DNA of 64,000 nt from Acidobacteriota bacterium (GTDB lineage: Bacteria > Acidobacteriota > UBA6911 > RPQK01 > JAJDTT01), in the NCBI GenBank assembly GCA_965263035.1, contig OZ253580.1, positions 4,480,001-4,544,000 on the forward strand. The letters are read 5' to 3'. The number at the start of each line of letters is the position of its first letter. Positions within the stretch are counted from its first letter, which is position 1. This document shows, one piece after another, positions 39,883-49,372 of the stretch. The notes under the pieces are model-generated. The model searched no databases and was not told the DNA's origin. It worked only from the letters and a program-made list of their open reading frames with translations. The position numbers and the translations under genes are program-made.

Positions 39883-40533
39883 AGCCCGGATTGGCCACCT
39901 GATTCAGGCCTCGTTTCGGTATCCGAGACCAATTCATGAGCGATGGCGGCCGAGAAATTCCTGTTGCCAAGGTCTTCCAGCCGCCATCGGACCTCCGGCA
40001 ACTGTGGCAGTTGGAAAATGCCGGTCGTCATGCCCCGACGCAAAGCCGACGGGATCTGGAAACGGGAGACGTCCAAAGAAAAGCCCACGCCTAGAGCCTT
40101 GATCAGAGCTTCCTTGAATGTCCAGAGCTTCAGAAACAGATGAAGCCTACGTGATCCATACACCGACGCAAGTTCGGCTTGTTCGTCCGGACCCAGCACG
40201 GCCCGTATGAGGCCATCGAGATCGTGACGGGGAACCCGTTCCTCCACATCCACACCCAGGCGCCCTTCCGGAGCCAAGGCGATCAAGCCATGCTTGCCGC
40301 TGTGACTGACGTTGAAGCTGATGCGGGCTGGTCTCCCACCCACGACGGCGAACGGTTTTCCATGCTGCGAGGCGCTGAACCCGAGCTGTCGGTTCCCGCA
40401 ATCCAGTTCACCGCGGAGAAAGGCGCGGAGAGCCGCGCGACATAAGGCAAAACGGCGTTTGGGACCTGGATGCCGGTAGCGCTGCCAATGCTTCCGTTCC
40501 CTCTCATCGAGCCACGCCCAAGCATCCGCTTCG
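39879..40533 (-). pseudogene. Sfp-type 4'-phosphopantetheinyl transferase lacking its native N-terminus
   Basis: HGKP, FNVSHSG, LGVDVEE, LWTFKEALIKALG; 5' end replaced by KS sequence. Confidence 0.75.
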
Positions 40534-40548
40534 TGCGGCGCAGGCTCC

Positions 40549-41193
40549 CAGGTCCGTTTCGTTCTGTTGCAAGGCAACAGTGGCCTGATGGGCCGCCACC
40601 AGGGACGAAGCACACCCCAAGTCCAGTGGTACTGCCGGACCGGTGAGCCCCTATACGAAGGCGATCCGCCCGGCGGCGATGCTCATGGAGGTGCCGAGAT
40701 ACCCGTGAGCCTCGCCGCTGGCCGTGGCCAGGTCCCGGTAGTCTCCGTTTGCCACGCTGACATAAACGCTGGTGCGGCTTCCCTTCAACCCGTCGGGATC
40801 GATACCTGCGTCTTCAAGCGCATGCCAAGTCGTCTCCAGCAATAACCGCTGCCGCGGATCCATCATCCGGGCCTCGATCGGCGCGATTCGGAAGAACCTC
40901 GAGTCGAAGCGGTCGATGTCCTCGACGAATCCACCCCGCCGCGAGGCGGCATCCGGCGACTCGGGATCTCCGGCGGCGCCGTACCAGGGACCCGAATCCT
41001 GGCGTCCGTCGGTCACTGCGTCCACGCCCGCCTCGAGTTGCCGCCAAGAGGCGGGAAGGTCCGGGGCGCCAGGGAACCGGCAGGCCATGCCCACGATGGC
41101 GATCGGCTCTCCGGACGGGACTTCCTTTCGTCTTCTGCCCTCATGTTCGGCGGGCAGATTTCCGTAAGGATCGAGAAAGCCGTCACGTTTCAT
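40549..41193 (-). pseudogene. Truncated type I PKS ketosynthase (N-terminal part) with internal amber stop
   Basis: EPIAIVGMACRFPGA, FDSRFFRI, MDPRQRLLLE, GRIAFV*GLTGPAVPLDLGCASSLVAAHQA; homology ends at QQNETDL. Confidence 0.85.
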
Positions 41194-41276
41194 GGTTTTC
41201 CACTCGCCGGTGTGGACCAACCCGGATTTCTCTCACCGGAACCCGTTCCTTGGGTTGGGTTCCGAGGCTGGGCCCC

Positions 41277-41882
41277 CTACTGACCCGGCGGCTCCTCCGG
41301 AGGCGGCATGGCCACCTTGACCTGAGCCGCCCGCAGGAGCTTGTCGCGGATGAGATAACCGGGCCGATACTCCTCGATGACGGTGCCTTCCTCGTGTTCC
41401 CGGGTGAACTCCCGAAGCACCGCCTCGTGAACCCTGGGGTCGAACTGGCTGCCGACTCCGGGAGCGGTCGTTACCTGGAACTTCTCCAACACCACCTTCA
41501 TCTGTTCGGCGAGCAGGCGGTAGCCCTCCAGATATGGCGTGAGGGCGGGACCCGGATCGGCCGCGGACATGACCTCCAGTCCCTTGGCACAGGCATCCAA
41601 TACGGGGAGCAGCTCCAACACCAGGTCGGCCTGTCCCTGAAGGCGGGCTTCGAACCGGTTCTTCTCCGTCCGCTTTCGGAAGTTGTCGAACTCGGCCTGT
41701 TTCCGGAGGAGCAGATCGTAGTATTCGTCGCGTTGCTTGGCGAGGTCCCCGATAGCCTCTACGTATATCGACTCGGCGGTCTCGGCCGGGGCAGGATCGT
41801 CCTGCGGCCCTTCCTGACCGTCTTCATCGGATGGGACTTCAGATTGATTTTCGATTTCTTCTGGTCGTTCCATGGTCGTCAA
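41277..41882 (-). CDS. grpE: Nucleotide exchange factor GrpE
   Basis: RKQAEFDNFRKR, LLPVLD, FDPRVHEAV, GY..DKLLRAAQVKVA. Confidence 0.95.
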   Translation of the reverse strand: MTTMERPEEIENQSEVPSDEDGQEGPQDDPAPAETAESIYVEAIGDLAKQRDEYYDLLLRKQAEFDNFRKRTEKNRFEARLQGQADLVLELLPVLDACAKGLEVMSAADPGPALTPYLEGYRLLAEQMKVVLEKFQVTTAPGVGSQFDPRVHEAVLREFTREHEEGTVIEEYRPGYLIRDKLLRAAQVKVAMPPPEEPPGQ

Positions 41883-42013
41883 CTCTTTCCGGTCTTGCCA
41901 GTCGCGGCGGTTTCGCGTGGGCAGGTTTCAGGTTAGAAGGGATCGGTTCGAGACGCTGAAGGACAAGGCCCGGTTCTAACGCTCAAACCGCGTGTAGACT
42001 ATGGGGCGGCGGA

Positions 42014-43078
42014 TCACGTCGCGCTCAAGATCTGTCCGAAGAGCCGGGCTACATATCCCACCAAGCTGATCCCCTTGTCGTACTTCATCCGCCTGGGGCC
42101 GAGAATTCCCAGGCTGCCCGCCACTCTTTCCCGGTAGAGGTAGGGTGAGGAGATCATGGCCCAACCCCGCATCTCCGGAATGTGACGATCCAGGTCCAAG
42201 GTCACACGTGGGGCCGGTTGGTCGGCATCGAGACGTTCGGTGAGAACCTTGGCCAAGCGGCTCTTTCTCTCCATGGTCCTGAACAGACCGGCTGCCCGAT
42301 CCTGATCGGTCAACTCCGGCTGTTGCAGCAGCCGCGAGGTTCCGCCGAAATAGACCTCGGAATCGCTCCCTGGGTTTCTCCGCGATCTGAACAGGCTGGC
42401 CGATCCCAGACGGATGGCGTCGGTGCGAGGACGGCCGTCCCGTCCGCTGCAGGTCTGAAGTCTCCGGAGTTCACGACGGATATGGGACAGGGTCTGTCCC
42501 TTGAATTCCTCTTGGAAAAAGAGGCCGGCCCGGTCCAGATCCTCCTGGCTCAGGTGGTGGCTGGTAGCGATCAGACGGCTCTGAACCAACCCCGCTCGAG
42601 TCACGAGTATGGCCAGGATTCGGCGGGATGAGATCTTCACGAACTCGATCCGTTTCAGAACCGACACCGACTGAGGCGGCGCCAGGACAAACCCCAGATT
42701 GCTGGAAAGCCGGGAAAGAATCTGGGACGTCTGGACCATGAGGTCGCCAGGGTCCGTCTCCTGCTCCAGCATCTCCCGGATCCGTGCCACTTGCCGGTTG
42801 GGCAGGTCAGGAGTCCTCTCCAACCCATCGACATAGAACTGAAAGCCCTTGGTGGTGGGCACTCTTCCCGCGGACGTGTGGGGCTGGTTCAGGAATCCCG
42901 CTTGTTCCAGCCGGGCCATGATGGCTCGAATGGTAGCGGGACTGATCCCCTCCTGATGGAGAGACGCCAACCTCTTGGAGCCGACGGGCACGCCGGTTCG
43001 AATGTACTCGAGAACCAGCAGGTGGAGTACTTGGTGGGCGCGTTGAGTGAGTTCCGCCGAGGCCTTACCCTTCGTCAT
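42014..43078 (-). CDS. hrcA: Heat-inducible transcription repressor
   Basis: YIRTGVPVGS, SPATIR, QPHTSAGRVPT, GILGPRRMKY. Confidence 0.95.
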   Translation of the reverse strand: MTKGKASAELTQRAHQVLHLLVLEYIRTGVPVGSKRLASLHQEGISPATIRAIMARLEQAGFLNQPHTSAGRVPTTKGFQFYVDGLERTPDLPNRQVARIREMLEQETDPGDLMVQTSQILSRLSSNLGFVLAPPQSVSVLKRIEFVKISSRRILAILVTRAGLVQSRLIATSHHLSQEDLDRAGLFFQEEFKGQTLSHIRRELRRLQTCSGRDGRPRTDAIRLGSASLFRSRRNPGSDSEVYFGGTSRLLQQPELTDQDRAAGLFRTMERKSRLAKVLTERLDADQPAPRVTLDLDRHIPEMRGWAMISSPYLYRERVAGSLGILGPRRMKYDKGISLVGYVARLFGQILSAT

Positions 43079-43113
43079 CACGGACCAGAAAATCTCTGCG
43101 AATTGAAGAGGTT

Positions 43114-43917
43114 TTATAGCATAACGGCTTGCCCGGAGGCAATGCCCAGAGACCATTCACGAGAGTCGTCAATCGTCTTCCGGAAGCGGACGCCGAATAC
43201 CTGCTGAAAGCCCCGGATCAGCGCTCGGGACAGCTCGTCGAAGGAAACCGGCCGGCCAGCGGCTTCCGACACACTGACGGTCCTCGATCTCAGAAACTCC
43301 GCGTCGATTCCCAGGGCGGCGGCCATGAGATCGTAGTGAATCACCAACGGAATCGAACCATGCTGCAGGAAGCTGTGCTTCGTCTTCTTCTGGGCGCTCC
43401 CCACCATCTTTCTGGTGCCTTGCACGAGTTCGTGCCGTGAAGGCGCCACGAAACAAGGTTTTTGGGCTCGTGTCAGAGCCCTGTCCCGGAGCCTGTCTCC
43501 TGGCGCCGAAACGGGGCGGATTCCCAACTGGGACAATCCCGCCTGCAAAGCTGACGAAATCTCGCCGTGGATCCTCCGGACGCTCTGCAGCGGAAAATAG
43601 TTGCCGTCGTTGGACGTCACCATGTAGGTGAGTTCATCGTGGTGGAACACGGCTCGACCGCCGGTAGGACGATGGACCCACGGGATGCCGTGGGTCTGGC
43701 AGTAGTCCTTGGCGAAAGCCAAGTCAGGACTTTGATGACACCCCAGTGAGACGGTCGGTTCCGCCCAACCGTAGAAACGGACCAGCGTCAGGGGACGGCG
43801 GCTTCGCTCCGCGAAGAGTTGCAGCCGCCGGTCGATCCGCATGTTCGCACCGCCGTCCAGCGGCGGGCTCAGCACGCAGAACCAATCTTGAGGAGCCACC
43901 ACGTCAGTCGGGGGCAA
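43114..43917 (-). CDS. Lipoate-protein ligase A / octanoyltransferase family
   Basis: GGANMRID, RFYGWAEPTVSLG, RPTGGRAVFH, KMVGSAQ, LQHGS. Confidence 0.85.
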   Translation of the reverse strand: MPPTDVVAPQDWFCVLSPPLDGGANMRIDRRLQLFAERSRRPLTLVRFYGWAEPTVSLGCHQSPDLAFAKDYCQTHGIPWVHRPTGGRAVFHHDELTYMVTSNDGNYFPLQSVRRIHGEISSALQAGLSQLGIRPVSAPGDRLRDRALTRAQKPCFVAPSRHELVQGTRKMVGSAQKKTKHSFLQHGSIPLVIHYDLMAAALGIDAEFLRSRTVSVSEAAGRPVSFDELSRALIRGFQQVFGVRFRKTIDDSREWSLGIASGQAVML

Positions 43918-43956
43918 TAGAGCGAACCCTCACCGGTGCAGAGTTGGAAATTGTCC

Positions 43957-45582
43957 TCAGGGTTTTCGAAACGAGATGTAACGTACGGCTGGCCTCCGGT
44001 TCGGGGTGATGCTGATGACGCGGAGGATGATGGCCTGTTCGGAGCCTATCCCGTCAATGGTGTCCTTGAACTTGCGATCGGTCTGCACCGGTTGTCCATT
44101 CACGTGGGTGATGATGTCGAACTGTTTCAACCCCGCCTCGTCGCCCAGACTTCCGGGCCAGATATTGGTGATGACGACTCCACCCTCGTCGTCCAGTCCC
44201 AACTGGTCCGAGTCGCGCGGATTCAGGGTCCGCCACCGCAATCCGATCTCCTTGCGCCGTTCCTCCTTGTCCTCCTCCTCCTCCTCTTCGAAGGAAAGCC
44301 CTCCGGCCTCGGACCGTTCCTGGGCCTCCATGGTGCGTTCCGCCAGCACCACCGTGAAGTTCTTCACCTCTCCCCGGCGGACCACGACGACGGGAAGCTC
44401 GCCCCCGGGAGGGGTGTTGGCTACGGCTGAGCGCAGGTCGAAATTGGTTTCCACCTCCCGGTCTCCCAGCTTCACGATCACGTCTTCTTCCCGGATTCCC
44501 GAGTCGTAGGCGGGGCCTGTCTGGCCCGGCTCGCCTCGTTCGTCCACCAGCTGCGTGATCAGAACGCCGTCACCGTCCTTGATCCCGTCCGGGTCCTCTC
44601 CCGCCACGCCGAAATACTCGGACATCTCCGGGTTCAAGGGCCGGTCGTTCATGGAAATTCCCATCCAGCCCCGCTCGATCTTTCCCATGCTCACAATCTG
44701 GTTGTAGGAGTTGATGAAAACTGTGGAAGGGATGGCGAACCCGACCCCCTGAGATCCCCTGGATCCGGAGACGATGAGGGTGTTGATGCCGACGACTTCA
44801 CCGGACATGTTCACCAGCGGTCCGCCGCTGTTGCCCGGGTTGATGGCGGCGTCGGTCTGAATGTAGTCCCCGAACGTCGAACCTCCGATGACTCGGGACG
44901 TCGCCGAGACGATCCCCGCGGTGATGGTCTTTCCCACGCCGAAGGGGTTGCCGATGGCCAGGACCCACTCGCCGATCCGGAGGCCGGACGCATCGCCGAC
45001 CGGGACAAAGGGAAGAGGTTCCGGCGCCTCGATCTTGATCACGGCCAGGTCCGACTCGTGATCGACGCCCACCACTTCAGCCGTGTAGGTCTCTCCCGTA
45101 TGGAGGGTTACGGAGATCTTGTCGGCCAACCGCCGAATCCGGGGCTGCTCCAAGACCGGGGCGATCACATGATGGTTGGAGAGGATGTACCCCTGGCTGT
45201 CGACGATCACCCCCGAGCCCAGGCTGGTGCGCCGGGCCGGTCCTCGTGAGAAACGATTCCAGAACTCGTCTCCAAAGAACTCCCTCAACTCTCTTTGGCG
45301 CCGCTCCATGTTGACGATGGACGTGGTATTGATGTTGACCACCGCCGGCTCCACGGTCTGGGCCACGCCGGTGAAACCTTCCGCCAGCATGCCCCCGTTG
45401 ACCGCGACGAGCGGTTTTCCCTTTCCTTGAATCTTAAGTTGGGACTTGGGCTCTTTCTCCGTGCTGGAGACACCGTCCAGAACGAGCACGGTTCCAATGC
45501 CGATGCCCAAGGCCAAAGCGGCCAGGACGGCGAGAAATCCGGCACCGGACCGGGATCGGAAAAGGGTGTTTCGCAAGGTCAT
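43957..45582 (-). CDS. degP: HtrA/DegP serine protease with two PDZ domains
   Basis: LGSGVI, NHHV, DLAVIK, IQTDAAINPGNSGGPL. Confidence 0.92.
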   Translation of the reverse strand: MTLRNTLFRSRSGAGFLAVLAALALGIGIGTVLVLDGVSSTEKEPKSQLKIQGKGKPLVAVNGGMLAEGFTGVAQTVEPAVVNINTTSIVNMERRQRELREFFGDEFWNRFSRGPARRTSLGSGVIVDSQGYILSNHHVIAPVLEQPRIRRLADKISVTLHTGETYTAEVVGVDHESDLAVIKIEAPEPLPFVPVGDASGLRIGEWVLAIGNPFGVGKTITAGIVSATSRVIGGSTFGDYIQTDAAINPGNSGGPLVNMSGEVVGINTLIVSGSRGSQGVGFAIPSTVFINSYNQIVSMGKIERGWMGISMNDRPLNPEMSEYFGVAGEDPDGIKDGDGVLITQLVDERGEPGQTGPAYDSGIREEDVIVKLGDREVETNFDLRSAVANTPPGGELPVVVVRRGEVKNFTVVLAERTMEAQERSEAGGLSFEEEEEEDKEERRKEIGLRWRTLNPRDSDQLGLDDEGGVVITNIWPGSLGDEAGLKQFDIITHVNGQPVQTDRKFKDTIDGIGSEQAIILRVISITPNRRPAVRYISFRKP

Positions 45583-45720
45583 GCTTTCTGTCCTCCGCTC
45601 GAATTCGAATCGTGATCGTCTGTTTGTTCTTTCGTAAAGTTATACGCCGGGCCTCCGGCCAGGGTTCACATTCTACCGGCGATTCTGCGACCCCGGCGCC
45701 GAACTCGCGGAAGGGCTCGG

Positions 45721-47892
45721 TCAGAGGAGCTTGACCCTCGCATATCTCTGGTAGAACATTTTTTTCCCCCGCCCGGAGAACGAGACGGTCAACTTGAGAT
45801 CGTCCCGGACCTTCTGGACCTGCAAGACGGTGCCGTGCCCGTATTCGGGATGCTCCACTCTGACCCCCGGGGCGAAGCTCGGGCTCCTGGAAACGCCCGC
45901 CGTCCGTCCGGATCCGGAGCCCGGGGTCCCGGAACGTCCTGGGGAGTGACCGGTCCCCCAGAGCTGGACCTGAGACCACTCCGGTCCGGAGTATCGCACC
46001 AGGCGCCGGGGGATCTCGGCCAGGAAGCTGCTTGCCTGGCGGCGCTCCTCCACATCTCCCCCCCACATCCTCCGGGTGCGGGCCAGAGTGAGGATCAGGC
46101 GCTTCCGGGCCCGGGTCATGCCCACGTAGCAGAGTCGCCGTTCTTCCTCCAGGTTTCCCTCCGCCAGCGACCGGGTGTGGGGCAGCAGCTTTTCCTCCAT
46201 TCCCACCAGGAAGACGATGGGAAACTCGAGTCCCTTGGCGTTGTGGAGCGTCATCAGCGTGACCGGGGCCGCCTCGTCGTAGTCGTCCGCTTCCGATCGA
46301 AGGGCCGTCTCGTCCAGGAATTCCTGGACGCTCCGGCCGGAGTCCGAATGGTCGCGAGCCACGCTCAGGAGCTCCTGCAGGTTCAACAGCCTGTTGTTGG
46401 CCTCCTCCGATTCTTCCCTTTCGAGGGTCCGGACATAAGCGCTGGAATGGAGGATCTGCTCCAAGACGATGTGAAGGGGCTGCTCCAGGTCAAGGCATTG
46501 CCGCCACTGACCGACCAGGGCCACGAACCGTTCCAGGACGTTTCGCAACCTTCGGGGAGTATCGTCCTGATCGGCGTCCCGGCAAACGGCGTCCCAGAGC
46601 GAGTCGCCGTTTCGCACCGCCCCCAGGCGGAGCCGGGCCAGGCTCTTTGGTCCGATACCTCTGGGCGGAGTATTGATAATTCGCTCGAGTGCCAGATTGT
46701 CCCTGGGGTTGCGGGCGACCCTCAGGTAGGCGAGGGCGTCCCGTACCTCCTTCCGCTTGTAGAAGCTCACACCTCCTACCAGACGGAAAGGGAGCCCGAA
46801 GCGGTTCAAAGTGTCCTCGAACTGACGGGACAGAAAATTGATGCGATACAAGACGGCGACCCCGGTCTCCCCCTGTTGGAGGTACCGTTCGATCCGCCGG
46901 CAGACGAACAGGGATTCCGCGTATGAACTCTCCGCCGAATGGACCTCGACCGGCTCCCCGGGGGGATTCGTGGTCCAGAGCCGTTTGGGCTTTCTCTCGG
47001 AGTTGTGAGAGACGACCGCCATGGCGGCGTCCAGGATGCTCTGACGAGAACGGTAGTTCTGCTCCAACTTGACCACGACGGCACCGGGAAAGTCCTCCTC
47101 AAAGCTGAGAATGTTGCCGACGTCGGCCCCCCGAAAGGCGTAGATGGACTGATCCTCGTCACCCACGGCGGTCACATTGCCGTGGGTCGACGTCAGATGC
47201 CGGACCACGGCGTATTGACTGGCGTTGGTGTCCTGGTACTCGTCGATGAGGAGATACCGGTATCGGTCCGAATAGGCCTCCCGGACCTCGGGCTGCTCCC
47301 GAAACAATCTGTCCGTGAGCAGAATCAGGTCGTCGAAGTCCATGGCGTTGGACTTCTCCAGATGCGCCTGATATAGCGCCATCACCGGCTCCACGCCTTC
47401 CTGGTCGTAGGGGTCGGAATCGTAGTGGAAATCGTAGGCTCGTCTCCGGCTCTGGTTTTTCCTTTTGCTGATGAGGCTTCGGATCATGCGCACCGGTGAA
47501 CTGATGCGCGCGTCCCCGCAGATCTTCTTGAGAATGGCGTTCTGATCATCCGTGTCGCAGATGGCGAAGTCCCGGCCGTAGCCCAGGTGTTCGGCATGCC
47601 GGCGCAGGATCCGAACACATAAGGAATGAAAGGTCGACAGACTCGGGACCGAGTCCAGTCCCTGCAGCAGACCCTCCACCCGGAGACGCATTTCCCCGGC
47701 CGCCTTGTTGGTGAAGGTGACGCCCAGGATCTCCCCGGGACGGCATCTCCCCTGGTGGATCAGGTGAGCGATCTTGCAGGTGATGACCCGTGTCTTTCCG
47801 CTTCCGGCGCCGGCCACCACGAGCATGGGACCCTCGGTGGTCGTGACCGCCAACTTCTGCCGGTCGTTCAGAGTTTGGAGATAATCGGCCAT
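45721..47892 (-). CDS. pcrA: UvrD/PcrA ATP-dependent DNA helicase
   Basis: AGAGSGKT, DEYQDTN, VGDEDQSIY, TLHNAKGLEF, EEERRLCYVG; start at MADYLQTLN (the upstream ORF extension is MITE sequence). Confidence 0.93.
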   Translation of the reverse strand: MADYLQTLNDRQKLAVTTTEGPMLVVAGAGSGKTRVITCKIAHLIHQGRCRPGEILGVTFTNKAAGEMRLRVEGLLQGLDSVPSLSTFHSLCVRILRRHAEHLGYGRDFAICDTDDQNAILKKICGDARISSPVRMIRSLISKRKNQSRRRAYDFHYDSDPYDQEGVEPVMALYQAHLEKSNAMDFDDLILLTDRLFREQPEVREAYSDRYRYLLIDEYQDTNASQYAVVRHLTSTHGNVTAVGDEDQSIYAFRGADVGNILSFEEDFPGAVVVKLEQNYRSRQSILDAAMAVVSHNSERKPKRLWTTNPPGEPVEVHSAESSYAESLFVCRRIERYLQQGETGVAVLYRINFLSRQFEDTLNRFGLPFRLVGGVSFYKRKEVRDALAYLRVARNPRDNLALERIINTPPRGIGPKSLARLRLGAVRNGDSLWDAVCRDADQDDTPRRLRNVLERFVALVGQWRQCLDLEQPLHIVLEQILHSSAYVRTLEREESEEANNRLLNLQELLSVARDHSDSGRSVQEFLDETALRSEADDYDEAAPVTLMTLHNAKGLEFPIVFLVGMEEKLLPHTRSLAEGNLEEERRLCYVGMTRARKRLILTLARTRRMWGGDVEERRQASSFLAEIPRRLVRYSGPEWSQVQLWGTGHSPGRSGTPGSGSGRTAGVSRSPSFAPGVRVEHPEYGHGTVLQVQKVRDDLKLTVSFSGRGKKMFYQRYARVKLL

Positions 47893-47938
47893 GGAACCCG
47901 GATGAATACGGCGTCGCGGGCGGAAGCAGGCGGGCGGG

Positions 47939-48098
47939 CAGTCCGTGGTGAAAGTCCCGCGTAGCACCGAGACCGGGGCTGCGCCCGCCGGACAAGGCGC
48001 GGTGAGGGAGCATACCGGGAGTATGTGACCGAGTCGCAACGCAGTCCGCGCACGATGCAGACCCGGTCGAATGCCGTGACGACTGTTACCACGGACTG
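47939..48098. mobile_element. MITE-like family B copy (160 bp)
   Basis: Near-identical to 22358-22517, same orientation. Confidence 0.85.
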
Positions 48099-48135
48099 CT
48101 ATGGCCTCCTGACAACGCGAGGATCGGGGATGTGT

Positions 48136-48173
48136 AAAAAGGGCCGGGAAAGGGGCTTACCCTCCCGGCCCTT
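48136..48173 (-). terminator. Rho-independent terminator
   Basis: Minus strand AAGGGCCGGGA..TCCCGGCCC-TTTTT just after the TPR gene. Confidence 0.75.
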
Positions 48174-48205
48174 GAGGTGAATCCGCTGGCGGCAGACCGG
48201 AAGAC

Positions 48206-49225
48206 TCAGTTGACCCGCTCGACGAACTCTTCGATTCCGGCGAGGGAGTCGTTGTGGGTGGACTTGTAGAGTTGTTCCAGGTGCTTGCGGCAATGCTTGG
48301 AATGAGGCGCACGACGTTGGACGGAGCCGCGGGCGAAAGCCTTCATGGCGTCATCGACCCGATTCTGCTGCCATCGCCCCATCCCGATATAGAAGTAGGC
48401 TTCTCCCCGGAGACCCGACGAGGAGGTGGCGCGCAGGGCCCGGTTGTAGCTGGAGATGGCGCCTCCCCAGTTCCTGGACTCGGCGGCGTTACGACCCACG
48501 GCGCCGTGGGCAACTGCCGTCTGCATCTTGACGTATTTGCCCCATTCCGCCTGGGAGGTACCCTGTGGCTTCTTGATCGCGGAGAAGGCCTTGATGGTCC
48601 TTCGAGCATACTCGGACGCCAACTTCCACTGCTTCTTGGCCACGTAGATATTGGTCAGCTCCGCCACGATCTGGAAGGTCTCCGCGGGCTTGAGCCCGGC
48701 TACCGCCTTCTCGCCGTAGGAGATGTATTTGGCCTGATTCTTGGTCCCGTAGGAAAGGGCCAGAATGTAGGCGAGTCCGGCGGACGGCATCTTGGCGTAG
48801 AATTTCTCGCCGTACCGGGCCGCCTTCTGAAGCTGCCGGCTCTGGAATGCGGCGTAGGTGACCATCCTCAGCGCATTGGGTTCGTTCGGTTTCAGGGCCA
48901 GAAGCTTCTCCCCGGCCGATACCACCTTCCGATGGTTGCCCTTGGTCTGGTACTCCTGCAGCAACTTCACGTAGTTGCCCAGGGCATACTCGCTCAGCTT
49001 CGAAGAGGGCTTGGCCTTCATGAAGCCGACGATGGCGTCTTCCCGTTTACCCAGGTTCGGTTCGTCGATGGCTGCCTTGTAGATCTGATAATCCTGGATG
49101 CTGTAGGGGACCTTCTGTTGTCCCGCCAGGGGGTTCAGTACCAAGGCCGTCATGGCCAAGGCCAATCCGATCCGCAGACCCTTTCGTCGTGCTTTGAATG
49201 TCATCAATTGCTGTACCCTCCTCAT
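48206..49225 (-). CDS. Secreted TPR-like helical repeat protein
   Basis: Signal peptide, Ala/Tyr/Lys-rich helical repeats, C-terminal LEQLYKSTHNDSLAG. Confidence 0.7.
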   Translation of the reverse strand: MRRVQQLMTFKARRKGLRIGLALAMTALVLNPLAGQQKVPYSIQDYQIYKAAIDEPNLGKREDAIVGFMKAKPSSKLSEYALGNYVKLLQEYQTKGNHRKVVSAGEKLLALKPNEPNALRMVTYAAFQSRQLQKAARYGEKFYAKMPSAGLAYILALSYGTKNQAKYISYGEKAVAGLKPAETFQIVAELTNIYVAKKQWKLASEYARRTIKAFSAIKKPQGTSQAEWGKYVKMQTAVAHGAVGRNAAESRNWGGAISSYNRALRATSSSGLRGEAYFYIGMGRWQQNRVDDAMKAFARGSVQRRAPHSKHCRKHLEQLYKSTHNDSLAGIEEFVERVN

Positions 49226-49372
49226 GCAGTGTAATAAGGTTTAGATTCAAAGCAAGTGGGAGCGACACTACCACAAGGCGCGTCCCAGATTCAATCTCCC
49301 TTTGGGCCGTCGAAATGTCCCTCCAAGTAAGGAACGCCGGCCGTTCGGTCACTTTCAAGGAAGACGCCTGCC

